The notes below the pieces were generated by a model. That model was not told the origin of the DNA and did not search any database. It was given only the letters and a program-made list of their open reading frames with translations. The position numbers and the translations under genes were made by a program. Positions 1-13,606 of a stretch of 64,000 nt of DNA are shown one piece after another. The stretch's first letter is position 1. Each line of letters begins with the position of its first letter. Origin of the DNA: Octopus vulgaris (taxonomy: Eukaryota); the NCBI GenBank assembly GCA_951406725.2, contig OX597820.1:63054001-63118000 (forward strand), read 5' to 3'.

Positions 1-193
1 AATAATTTAGCAAACTAGCAATATTTTTTAAATATTACATATTCATATAAATCGTTGTAATTATTCATTCATTTGTAAATTTTGTTTATGCTTTGTCTAA
101 TTTGCATTGGGCAATAGAGAATATTGCTTTCAAACTTTGGCACAGGGAACCAATTTTGGGTGGTGGGATAGTCATTAACATTTTATTATTTAT

Positions 194-295
194 TTTATTG
201 ACCCCGAAAGGATGAAAGACAAGAAAGGAAAAATAAAAAGGAGACAGACGAAATGCTGCTAAGCATTTTCCCCGGCGTGCTAACGATCCTGTCAC
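194..295 (-). mobile_element. SINE family A fragment
   Basis: gaccccgaaaggatgaaag...gacgaaatgctgctaagcattt...cggcgtgctaacg is the reverse complement of family A. Confidence 0.75.
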
Positions 296-766
296 ACCAC
301 ACTTTACTAATATGTATATTTAAAATAAACCCCACAAACTCGTAAATATATAATTTTAGAAGGTGTATCTTATGTTCCAAGTAGAAATCACACATTTAAC
401 ATAAACACATGCAAGAATGGATATCGATAGAGTAAGTACCAGACTTAATGAAATATTCACTGGTGCTAATACGAGATATGAAGACGCATGAAAGATATCC
501 ATCAGCTTCTTCACAAACCTGTGACATAAATCAGGGAAGGAATCGGAATATCCAGAGAGCAAACATTGTCAGATAATTTTCGCTTAGCTTAGCTACTTCC
601 TTTGAGTAATTAAGATGCCTTCCTTGCAGAGGATTAGGAAAAACTCATAAGCTTTATCTTTAACGCATGAATGTATAATTTACAGTCGCATTTGAATGTA
701 TGAAGATCATATACACATATATGGATGGAAGTGTATGTGTAAGCATACCTTACATATATAAATATG

Positions 767-806
<40 letters not shown>

Positions 807-1036
807 TGCATATATTTGCATATATGTATGTATCTATGTATCAATCAATCGATCTATCTATATATATTATATATATATACATATAAATATATGTATATAT
901 GTATGTATATATATATATACATATGATATATATATATATATATATATGCACATAAATGCATGTATATATATATTTATATATATGTATGTATGTATATATA
1001 TATATATATATGTGTGTGTAAATATCTATATATATA

Positions 1037-1116
<80 letters not shown>

Positions 1117-1845
1117 TATATGTTTCACTCATGTGTGCGTATTTATGCAGAGATTTTACTAGCCTGCGTATGTATTATATACATCAGATTAGTTTCAGAT
1201 AAGCATATAAACTGTTTATGTATTCAAAATTATTTATGTACAAATGCAACATAAATTCCTATTTGTGCGTATATCATATAAACAGATGAGTATGAATATA
1301 TACATACCAACACGCAAAAGTTCGCGTGCGCGTGTAAGTGGGGTAGCGCAATATATCAATTTGTTTTGTAACAGACGGGGTTGCGGCGAAAATTATTCAA
1401 TCGAAAATTAAATCAAAGCTAAATAAAGAAAATGGGGTAAAGGTATACCACATATTTGGGTATAAATAAGGTGAAGAATTAGTGCAAGGCAGTGTAAACG
1501 AATATAAATTCACCAGATGTGATTATATTTAAGTAATTATTGGTAAACTGAGATGAATTTAACTGGAGAGAGGGATCGAGAGAGTGTCACGACAAAAAGT
1601 TGATGTATTTGGTTCTCTAAGTTTCTATCTATCAACGAATCAATCAAACCAACAGTATATATATATATATATATATATACATATCGATCTTGAAGTTCGT
1701 AATGCGCGCCTTACGATCGCTCTGGTGCGAAACTCGAGTCGCAAGACAAGTTATGAGATTCGGTTTTGATTATATATATGTCCCTCAGATTGTGTGAGTG
1801 TGTGTGTGTTTTTGTTTGTGGGTGTGTATGCGTCTATCTATCTAC

Positions 1846-1922
<77 letters not shown>

Positions 1923-1949
1923 ACACATTTATATAGACATATATATATT

Positions 1950-1987
<38 letters not shown>

Positions 1988-2439
1988 CATATACACACAT
2001 ATATATATACATATATAAGTATGTATATATATATACATGTGTGTGTGTTTGTTTGTGCGCGCGCGTTTGTATATATGCATAAGCATATATGTATGTGTGT
2101 GTATATTTATCGATATGTTTACAAAACACACACACACATATATTTATGGATGTATACATATGTATATACATTCATACGTATATCTTTTTATGTAGATGTC
2201 TACTTGTGTTCAGTTAAAATATGTACGAATGCTGGGTTTATTTTTATGCATCCATATTTTTATATTAAACTCTTTGAGTGTGTATATATATATACTTTTA
2301 CTTTTATACTTTCACACGTTTCAGCCCTAAGACTGTACATGTATGTGTATGCATGTGTTTGGGAATATACATATACATAAATACATGCACATACTCACTC
2401 ACACACACACAGATGCACACAGACACACACAGACACACA

Positions 2440-2481
<42 letters not shown>

Positions 2482-3511
2482 TATATATATATATATATAT
2501 ATGTCTGAGTGCGTTGATAAAACTGTTTGCATGTATGGGTGTTATCATTGCGTATATATGGAGATTCTGGGTAAATGGCTAGTAGTAGTGAAGAGAGGAG
2601 AAATAAAAATATCAATAGATAGACAGTTTAAATAGATCTGAGGAAGGTTGCTTAAGATCCCTTAAGACCGTCTATTTGTTTTACTGATCTAAATGATTTC
2701 GTTCCACAACAGTACTTAGACCAAACTGCTTGAGAGAAAAGAACCCTTAGATAAAGCAGTGTCGGGAGACATAAAAGAGATTATAACTGACAAATCTAAT
2801 CTGCTTCTAGTATTTTTGGGCGAAGCTTTGAATACAGACGTTATGGGGAAAAACTGTTTGAAGATGGAAGTTTAGCTTAATATATGTATCGTTTATTATC
2901 GTATACTGCTTACTATAGCTTAATTCTCTTAACATAAAAAGAATATTGATACAAAGCAAAACAGTCTTAGTAAGAAAGGAATGCATCTGAGTTTGTTGCT
3001 AATTTGAAGTGTCGGTACGTTGAGATATTAATTGTTGCATTGTTTGGTTGCATGGTTTGTTGGTTGGTGGTAGGCTGTTGTATTAGCAAAATGACTGGCT
3101 GTTTCAGTTATTTTCTCATAGATACGGCTGTGCATCTTGTTGTCTGCAAAGACGGAGTTGCTGATAATGGTGGTATAATCAGTAGAAGCGAGAACTAAAT
3201 TTTATGCAATATTTAGTTATTTGCGTTCTGATTCCTAGTGACATCGACGTAAAATTTTGTCGTTCATTTTATGCGCATTTTTGCTTTTGTTGTTTAGTTG
3301 TTAGTACCCGAGTAAATCTAATCATACAGACCTTTGAGCTATGGTCTTCTAGCCGTGACCACTCCGCCTGTTAAGTTTCTACAGAGTGTAACTTATATCC
3401 ACCTTACCAGTTAACAGCAATCTCCCCAATGTGGATAAACTTGAAGTGATTGTCGTGGATGGAGGAAGACAGTCCACACTATTCCGGGATAGAGAAAATG
3501 AGTGGCAAGCT

Positions 3512-3740
3512 GAGAGACAGATATATTGGCAGACAGACAGATACAAAGGCATAGAGTTATACAGGCAGAGAAACAAATACAGATATTTAGGCAGACATAC
3601 AGATATTTAGACAGACAACCACATATATAAGACGACAGGCAGATATATAGGCGGACATATATATAGACAGCCAGATATATTGCCAGACAGATGTATAGGT
3701 AGTCAGATATATATATTGACAGACAAACAGATATTTACGA
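3512..3740. repeat. Degenerate minisatellite of about 20 bp
   Basis: Recurrent unit resembling acagatatttaggcagacat. Confidence 0.6.
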
Positions 3741-6700
3741 AGATTAGTTAATAGTTGACTTTTTAACAATCGACTAATCGACCAACCAAGTGTGGATCAC
3801 TCTATAACTTCCCTATTTAAGACAGCATGATGTACTTTGAATTAGAGAAGGTCAGGTCGCTGATTCTAATAGGGAGACAAGTAAAATCTCTCTAGAATAT
3901 TTGTCAGCTCCGTTCAATACAATTGACTTTTCCATTCCATGGAAATGTGCGATCTTATTTACTTAGAAAAAAACAACAACAAAAGGCAAAAATAAAAAAG
4001 CATCAATATTCTAATGCTGTTTTATTTTCGGGAAATGGGTCCTTGATCTCGTTGTTTAGAAAGTAGATCAACACGTATGTTACCGAATTAGCGATAAACG
4101 AAAATGAGCACAATTTTAAGGTGAAACGCTTTAACCAGTCGTACAATATCTACTTAGCTGTTCACCCTTTCAGATGATTCGGAGTGATATTAGAGTTAAT
4201 TGGCTATCATATGTAGTAGACTCAACAATCTTAATCTGTAATTGCTGTGTGTAGAGTAATTAGTAAGGGAAAATCTCATGTATTCGTGCGGTTGCTTTTA
4301 AGGAATTATTACACAAAATGCAAAAAAGATGGGAAAATCATGGATGAAATGCTGCTGATTAGTAACAGTACTAGCAACGAAAGCAATAAGCTATTAGAAG
4401 CGAAATATTGTAATAGTATCTCATTTATATAAGCTAACTCTATGTTCTTATTATGGCGAAGTAAATCGTAAGTACTTACAGTCAGTGACACCATGCCTAA
4501 ATAAGGATCGGCAGAACACACACACAGAAACACACAAACATACACAAAATAGATTAAAAAAAAAAATTCCCTTACTCTATTTAGAATTTGAGCTTAGTTT
4601 TCTCTATAAACAGGTAATCAAGTCTATTAAAAATTATTACAGAAAATTGATGTTGTTTACTATTTAATCGGTTAGATAATCTGCTTGTAAACGTTTACTA
4701 GTGAAATAATTAATCAATTTGAACAAGTAGCCAAGAGAAAGTTATTTATTTAAATAAAACTAATCGGTTGAACTAATTCAATACACATTATGACTATATA
4801 TATAGCAATCAGCTATATTTTTCCGCGTGGGCATATGGATATGTTATTCTATTTCTGATGAAAATCAGAGGAGATTTAGAAACAGTCGACGGAAAGATAA
4901 AAATAAATCATTTGTTTATAGTTGTCACAATACAGTAACGTTAGAGTGAAGTGTATTGTGAAAAATGGCTTCATGTGTACCACTTTACGCACATCCGCGC
5001 GCACATACATACACATACACGCACAGAAGCACACGCACACACACATAAGTGCACTAACGCGCATCGGTTTACTAACACGCACACAAATTCTCTTTGTCGC
5101 ACACATATACGTAAATAGATTAGATTGTGAGTTATGTTTCTAGGTCAGCCCTGATCAAATAGACATATATTCACAAAGCGTTTGATTCCCACCAATCCCA
5201 CACTTTTTAGTTACACTTTATCAGAAATCGTATCTCTGATTTGATGAAGCTCTGGTTGCCATTTCAAGTCGGCCGTTTACAAGGCACAGTTTTGACTATA
5301 TCTTTCATTTTGTAAGAAAGCAAATGATGATTTAGTGAAAGTGTGAAAGTTAGTGGTTGGAAAGTGGTGTCTTGATCATGAGATCGTTGGCTTGAAGACC
5401 TGTTGATGTCGTTTGTCCTCGAACTAGTCACTTCGTTGCAGGTTGCTCAAGTTTACTTAACTGAAAATGAGCTCCGACCTGACTAGAGTCATAGAGCCGT
5501 GGCAGAGCTCTATTCCAGCTGTCATATAGTCAACCTTTTGCAATTTCAAGAGTGAGATGACTGAGCGGGGATCTAGGTCTACTTGTCCTTAAAAAGGCTC
5601 CATAGACACCTAAAACAACAAAAGCTTGATACATGTCACTAATTTCAACACGCTTGCAAATTCACGGCTGCGACGTGTGATTTGCTAGCTGTAGCACTTA
5701 CAATGACCGCAAAGGCTTCCTTTCGTGGTCTCATTATTATACTGTGTAAGATATAGATCCGAATTAACTCCATTTCAGAAAAGTAAATATCTCATGTGTT
5801 TTCTTGCATTTTAAATATATTTTGTCTAACACATAAACGGGTATTTAGAGAGCATATAGGAAGTTTTACTTTTTGAAAGACAGAGAAATAATCAACGGAG
5901 CTAGGGATTAAAATTCCTTAATTTTATTTTGAAAACAACTATTCAAAAATGATTCTTGTGCAATCCTGTTCAAAAGAAAAGTCTGTTTGTCAATGGTTTA
6001 TGTTTAGTTCACTTGTCTAAGAAAACAAACCCGAATGTCATATGATATAGGTTCACAGTTCTTCGGTTGCTCTTTCATAGTATTATATATTCCAGTCAAC
6101 GCTTGCAAGATTCTTAAAGTGCCTCACTAAACAATATCTTGTTACTTCCTATTCTACAAAAATGTACCCACGAGCCATCCAAGATGGGATGGGAGCTCTG
6201 CTGTGTTAATTTGGCCTTATAGAAACAGAAGGTAAATCTTCTACAAATCACAAACGACTACATGTGTTAATAAAAGAAGAGGATGCACCAACGACGAAGC
6301 TTCAGGTACTAGCCATTCAACCTGCTAGAAATAGCAGCCATTCCTGTCGTTCTCTCTGTATTTTTCAAATCAAACTTAACAATCTTCATAGAAACGAAGC
6401 ATATTGGATAAAATATTCTTACGAAAACTAAATGTCATAATTTCTATGGTTGTATGTTTTTGGTCATTGTTCTTCTTGATCAATACAGAGGTTGAACTAA
6501 AGAAAGAAAACAAAACACGAACATGTGACTGAATTTTCAGTGGTGGCGTGGATTGCGTATTAAACTGAAAGCAAACCATAAAAGATAGGATTTATCCTTT
6601 CGTTATTTTGGAGGTAGGCGTGGGATATTTTAAAAAAGTTTGCGTGGTAATTTAAGCGTTAGGTCGACCAAATACATGTTCAGCCTTTCACAGAATTATT

Positions 6701-6789
6701 TGTAGCATGTCTACAATAAAGTGAATTGCATTTAGTTTAAAACAAGAAAAATTAGTGATTCAATTACTATTAAAATTTAGGCCTAAGAA

Positions 6790-6995
6790 GGCAGCGAGGT
6801 GGTAGAATCGTTAGCACACAGGGTAACACGTTTAAGGGCATTTCGTTCGTCTTATCTTCTGAGTTCAAATTCCGCTGAGGTCTTTCATGTTCTCGAGGTC
6901 GATAAAATAAATACCAGTTAAGCACTTTAGTCGATGTAATCGACCTAATCTCCCCTGAAATCGCAGGCCTTGTGCCAAAATTTGAAACCAATATT
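6790..6995 (+). mobile_element. SINE family A copy
   Basis: ggcagcgaggtggtagaatcgttagcac...ttctgagttcaaattccgc...ccttgtgccaaaatttgaaacc. Confidence 0.85.
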
Positions 6996-8632
6996 TTGAC
7001 TCAAGTTTTGTATAACCGATTTGACTTATATATAGACAAAGGTACTCCAAGCATAACAATATTTTCTTTTGGTACAGCAGAAGTGCCACTATTACATGTC
7101 TCCAATTTTATGACGATAAGATGTAATATGAGTGAGATCTGAGTGCAACCTCCAGCAGTTCATGCGACTGCAGAGAAGTTCACATTTCATTTTGATGCTC
7201 AATGATGAGAACATAAAAAATGCAAGTCCCGGATTAGAATAGTGAATATTTAATGAGATTCTCTGACATCCACTTAAGTGCAAGTATGATATAAATAATA
7301 CCGCGATAAACTAAAATTTCGAACTATAGATATGATACCAGACTAACAGTCAAAATCATTGTCATAAGTTATGCACAGAAGGCGAACAAACAATAAAATA
7401 ACTGTAAAAGAATTAGCAATACAACAAATAGAGAAGGAAACGATTGACAATTACAATTAGTAAAATACCTGTTATGTCTGAAACTTTCTGCTGACAATGG
7501 ACAACTTTCCGAAATGTATCTCGACTATAAAATTTTGGCGTCATATGAATTATTTAAAATTGCGTTTTCATTGAAATTAATTATTTTTACCACAGACAAT
7601 ATGGAGTTTATTCTACTCTTCTTCGTTTATATTCTTTAATAATCACCCAGATCAATAGTCTACGCGTATTCTAACACATTGAATAAATCATTTGTTATTT
7701 AATGTGTTTAACATTAAAATGCTGGAAATAAATATTCGGTGAATATAAAAAAAAAAATATACATTAGTCAATGGCTGAAATTGGTTTTATTTTTCCGGCA
7801 AATACAGGAGACAGTACCCATCATATTTTGTTCTTTTACTACTCCATCGTAGAGATGTTCTTCCTATCGGGATTTGCTGAACTACTGATAAGAGAATGAC
7901 GAAGTTGATAATCAAGATGGCTGACTAGTTAGTGTATAGTTAAAAAAGGATTGAAGATTAAGTATTTCAAAGCAGCCTTGAACATGAAAATTATTTTCAC
8001 GATAACATAAAATATATGATCTATTAAACATTTATCTGTAACTTCTGTTATGAATGAGCATTCATTAATAGCTAATATCAGGTTTAATGTGCGTAACAAA
8101 GTGCCGAACACACCAATGGGATATATTTGGTCTCATGTTTTCTTCAATAACTAAAGTAACAAGATGCAAGTCGAGAGCGTTTTACTGAGCAACAGTTGGA
8201 GTCTTCTAGAGTAATTCAAATACAGGGCAGGATTAGTAAAGGCATGAGACAATCTTACTGTCCCACCAAGCTTAGTACTGGGTAGGTACTTTCTCATCGA
8301 TTCGGAAAGGGTGACTGGTTAAATCAATCTTGACGATATTTGAATTCATCCCTCAGAAAGTCAAAACCAATACCACGCCACGTTCCATTATATACATGTG
8401 CACGCATGTTAAGTTGTTTTGAGTAGACTAGTGGACTATTTGTTTACTCTTTATCTTAGTGTCAATGACCGCAGCATGCTGACTCGTCTTTAACTACATT
8501 CATTTGTTCGAACTTTCGACACGATATTTTAGAACTATAATTTTTTTCCCCGGATAAGTTCCTACAGATAATTATGATCTCATCCAAAGACTTTTTCTTC
8601 TACTTAGCTATACAGTTTATTTATTTATGCAC

Positions 8633-8883
8633 CTTTTTCAAGCCTGGACAGGCTCATGGGCCCGTTTTCCCAGTTTCTATGGTGTATGTGTTCCCCCAGC
8701 TGGACGGGACGCCAGACCATCACAGCGTTACTCAAGAAACAGGAAGAAAGGGTGACAGAAAGTTGAGACGAAAGGATACAACAGGAGCCTCGTGGTATTT
8801 TCGCTCAATAAACATACACAACGCCCGGTCTGGGAATCGAAACTGCGAGTTCCTTGCCCTAACCACTGGGCCATTGCACCTCC
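8633..8883 (-). mobile_element. SINE: head H2 plus tail T1
   Basis: Head ggaggtgcaatggcccagtggttaggg...ttattgagcgaaaa joined to the same tail as 26438. Confidence 0.85.
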
Positions 8884-11800
8884 ATAGCTATACAGTACCG
8901 TGAGATAATTCCATATCCGCGGCAAAATCTAACTACAACGCTACTGATTATAGCAATTAATTCAAATTGTATATATATCCATTGAGATGAATGACTGAGT
9001 GTCACTGAGACCGAAATCAGTGATGATCCAATAAACAAATGTATTTCTACGTATGTAGCTACGTATGCGTATGTATGCACAAGTGTGTATGTACATATAT
9101 CTGCGCCGATCGAAATATTGGTGCTTCGAACACGAGAAATATATTTTTGATTTCCCCTACGACGTTGATTTAGTCGATATAATCGGCGAAATCCTCCAAC
9201 ACGGTCAAAGAAATGAGATAATAAATATTACTGTTGCTATTATTTTTGAGATTTAGTTCCAACAACAATAAGTGAGCTGACCTATGATCAAGAAAATTCC
9301 ATCCATATCCAGTTCAGCCATAACCATTCCCGCTTTTTGAATTATGCAGAAAATGCAGGCCATGTTATCAAACGTGTTCTATTTCAACTATTCAGCTGCT
9401 ATTTCTTACAGTTGGAGCATCCACGTTCGGCCTTACACGTTGTATTAATGTAAGATGCAGCTTTGCTTCCTGTGTGGGAGGGTAAGCGAAGCGAAATATG
9501 AATGTTTTGCTTACTCATCGCCTCAACGTATTCACGCTGTAAATAATAGCTCTGATAGTGATAGCATTTACCAGGTTCACTTGCTTACGACATATTATAC
9601 TGAGACAATGTCTTTAATGGTTACAAAAGAAAGGGAAATTCGACGACATCTTTGCTTTCTTTTCTTTTTTTTAGTTTTGCAAATCTAATTTTCTTATGTA
9701 GATATCATTTCGAATCTCTGTGTTATAATGATATAGTCTCTAAGAAATAGCCCAAGGGAACGAGGAAGAAAATCTCTTCACCAGACATTCTGGGGTTAAA
9801 TTAATAATACGTTCTAATACTGGCACCAGAAGCTAGAAATTTCGAGATATGAGATAGTCGAATGTATGTTCTTCCACCAGGGGTGCATATTCTAGGTGTA
9901 TTAAGTTAGCATCTCTCACACGCCAATGATGGTAAATTTTCTTTAAAATAATTTTATTATTGCAGTATCGTGTTATGCTCTAGATGTAATTTGTTTTCCA
10001 ATCTAACAATACACACAAACACAGACAAAGTTTAAGTCGGGTTGAATTCGTACTATAGAGAAATGGCCTAAAGTTTATGTGTGTATACTGTTATCAGGGT
10101 AGTAGGTTCAATACTGAATAACCCCCTGAGAACCATACACCACAGCTTTTTAATCACGGTATCTAACTTCTACACCTCCTTTTTCTATGCTGTACTGAAT
10201 ATTGTGTACTCCTCGAACGGTTTCAGTAGCATATAACTTCTGTTTTGTCTACGAAGTTATTTTGTTCATAGACACTTATTGAAGTCTTCTCTATTGTTGG
10301 ACATAGGACACTGAAATTCCCCCACCCCTCGGCTCTTCACCCCACACAGCATGACTGATTTCGAGAAAGTGAGTGAGAGAAAGAGAACACGCGCACACGA
10401 GAGAGAGGGAGAGAGACAGAGAGCATGAGAGAGGGAGAGAGACAGAGAGCAAGAGAGAGGGAGAGAAAGTGAGAGAGAAAGAAAAAGAAGTGTCTCTATA
10501 ATCTTTCTTATTTTATGTATTGATGACGCAAACAAAAATGGAAATTTCATTTCGCTTGGAAGTTGGACACAGGGAGCAGACAGTAGGATTCTAACTTCAG
10601 AAATAATACCATTATTTTTCCGACCACAAGATAACGGAAGAAATATTGAACACATTCGTCAGAGAATTTAACTATCGATGGCTTAGGTCTTATTGTAAAA
10701 AGGAACTATGAATAATTACACCTTACTGCGCTTAACATCTGGTGCGCTAAAAAATATTTCACCCTAAATTTCCCATTGGGTTACTGGTAAATATTCTCTA
10801 ATATTGACGAGAGCTCGATTAATCTGGAGGTTTTAGTAATTCTTGGTGCTGAGTTCAAAATATGCAATGCCATAAATTCGGATATTGTACTGGCAGTTTC
10901 AAAAGACAGATTGGAAACATGAGATAAAGATAGTGGAGTTATGGCTCCGGCCTGATGAAATTGACGTCGATTTACTGTTTGATGATTTACAGAATACATC
11001 ACAGCCAGACAGTTAACTCTTCAGAAGATGTTTCGATAACAATAATTGACAATTTCCCGCATATTGTAATTATAGTTTTTAATTCCGTCAAAAAAATTTA
11101 GCAAAAAGATATATTTACTTATTTACAAGACTTGCCAAGGTAATGAGATTTAAAATTACTTACATCAAGAAATGTAATTAGCTGCCAGAAAATTGCAGGT
11201 TATCTTCGATTTTTATATATTTTTTCTCTCATATATTTTCTATTTGACTTAGGTAATGATTTACATACATCGCTATAATGCTGTCTGTGGTAGATTGGCT
11301 GTTAAAGATATTCGGAATGTCTACAGTAATGTGAGAGTAGTATCGATCTATTATAGTATCTTGAAGTTTTCCTTCATTCTGGAGTATTTCGTTTTGTAGA
11401 GGACAGAACTATTACAGCATTCTATAATGCTCTGTTGTATTGTTGGTCATTGAGTATTTGGTGCAGAAACAAGATTTGTTAGTTTTTGTACATAAAAAAA
11501 AATTGAAGATTTGTGTATATTGTAGATCGCCGATATAAAAGGTACAAGGCTTGATATAGAAGGTACAAGGCTTGATATAAAACGTAGAATATTTTGTAAG
11601 TTTAATAATGAATTGAGTATTTTCTAAGACTGCAAGATATACAAGAAATGGTTTGTGATATTTTTGTATTGCCCAGTAATTATTATTACCCACTGAGACT
11701 ATATAGTATTTCATAGCCAATTTTTATTACCCAGCCTGGAATAATTTGTAGCACGGGGCCGTAACAGTTTTTTCCCGTTTTATTGCGTGGCAATAGAAAG

Positions 11801-11989
11801 TAGTTTGCATGTATGTATGTATGTATGTATGTATGTATGTATGTATGTATGTATGTATGTATGTATGTATGTATGTATGTATGTATGTATGTATGTATGT
11901 ATGTATGTATGTATGTGTGTATGTCTTCTGTTTTTAATTTATTTGATTTCTTCTGTTGATGAATGCTCCATACAAAGCGCCATTGATGG

Positions 11990-12590
11990 AATGAAAATAA
12001 CGAATACTGTCACAAGTATTGCATATCTTTAATGTTCCACTTACAAATTGTATTTGTAATGTGCGAGTTAGTGGGTTGATTTCCTGTACTGAAAATCCAT
12101 ACTTATGAAGAATGTCAGTGAGGCATTTCCTCACAATATTAAGTTCAGAAATTTTTATCGGTACAAATGTAAATTTCTAATCAGGATATAGAAGCTGGAG
12201 GTTTCGATTCACTTGTCCATAGTTATCCTATTTCACTTTGCTTTTCAAAGAGATATCAGCATCATCAGGACAGCTGATCTCTCTGACGATACATATTTTT
12301 ATTGGATATTGCTGTCCAAACAGCAATATCCAGTCTGTTCTTCTCACAATTGACACATCTTTTAATGGGAATGTCCCACCAGTATTCCTGTTGTTGATGT
12401 GTGCCTACGTATTCGATAACAGCGAGTCTCTTTATTCCAGGACAATCTTTTTCTTGAAAAGCATTGTAAATCGTTTCTTGCAACAACATCGTGTCAAACA
12501 GTGAGTTAGTACATCGACGACATATTTGAACAGCTGCTAATCACATGTGAGGTGTCTTCCACGGAAATATAACACAAGGTATTGAGTCAT
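11990..12590 (-). mobile_element. Degenerate 3' part of an R4/Dong-like RLE non-LTR retrotransposon
   Basis: Across frames: zinc-knuckle remnant EDTSHVISSC...HDVVA, EYWWDIPIK...NRLDIAVW, EISCP..DISLKSK, FTFVPIKI...KCLTDILHKYGF...LQIQFVSGTLKIC, the layout of a PD-(D/E)xK restriction-like endonuclease. Confidence 0.8.
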
Positions 12591-12764
12591 CCCATAAATA
12601 ATGCAGTCTTTTCAATTGCGTGAACTAAAAGTCGGAGGGAAACGTGATGAACTACCTGCACCAAATTCCTATGAAAGCAGGTAGTAATTTTACTATGTAC
12701 TTATTCTTAGTGCAAGTTTTAAAGAGTGCAGTTCGATTTTAACAGTTAATTTTTCAATGCCATA

Positions 12765-13423
12765 ATGGAAGTATCAAAGGAGCATATTCGGCATATTTCG
12801 CTTTATGAGTTCAATAAAGGCAACAACGCAATGGAAAATGCGAGGAATATTAGTGCAGAATATGGGATCAGAAGCCAGTGCCAACGGTAGTTCCAGAAAT
12901 TCCGAGCTGGAAACTACAGTCTAGAAGACGAGTCTCGTCCAGGAAGATCTTTAGAACTCGATAAGGACGTTCTGCAATCCCTGATGGAACAAAATCCCAT
13001 CGTAACTGTTGCAGAACTAGCAGAGAAGCTTGGATTGGCCATTCAGTTAGGGGAGTATGGTAGCAGGGGGCACCAGCGCTGGAGGTAAAATGACTATCTT
13101 TGGTTTCACGATGAACAGTGTTCTTTCATCGGGATAGTACTTGGCCACATATAGCAGGAATGACATCCCAAATGCTGGAACAGTTTGAATGGGAACCGAT
13201 GCCCCCTGCTACCATACTCCCCTGATATTGCCCCATCTGATTATCATTTATTCCATAGTCTTCAAAATCATTTGGACGGAGAAAAATTATGAATTCTGTA
13301 GACGAAGTACTGGCTGATTATTTTTCGTCAGAGAAAAGTGAATTTTGGAAGAGGGGCCTTGCAATTCTATCAGTTAGATGGAAGAGCATTGCAGAAAATG
13401 AAGGAGAGTGTATTTCAGGTTAA
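12765..13423 (+). mobile_element. Internally deleted mariner transposase remnant
   Basis: MEVSKEHIRHISLYEFNKG...FQKFRAGNYSLEDESRPGR...AELAEKLG, then a jump to PYSPDIAPSDYHLFHSLQNHL...RWKSIAENEGECISG*. Contains stops and frameshifts; the catalytic middle is missing. Confidence 0.9.
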
Positions 13424-13427
13424 AATG

Positions 13428-13606
13428 AACAGTTACGATGGGGTTTTGTTCCATGAGGGATAGAAGAAAGTCCTCGTCAATTTCTAAAGATGTTCAAGGA
13501 CGAGGCTCGTCTTCTAGACTGTAGTTTCCAGCTCGGAATTTCCAGAACCACCGTTGGTACTGGCTTACGCTTATTGTCCTATCTCATATTCTGTACTAAT
13601 ATTTCG
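13428..13606 (-). mobile_element. Inverted fragment of the same mariner family (N-terminal region)
   Basis: Reverse complement aligns to about 12840-13010 (cgagctggaaactacagtctagaagacgag; atggaacaaaa...catcgtaactgtt). Confidence 0.88.

Noticed and set aside
700-1254. 184-aa YI-rich ORF and the many similar YI/HT/CV ORFs
   Set aside because: Translations of (AT)n, (AC)n and (ATGT)n microsatellites, which lack stop codons.
11532-11585. 21-bp tandem repeat, considered as CRISPR-like
   Set aside because: About 2.5 adjacent copies with no spacers, in a eukaryotic context with no cas genes.
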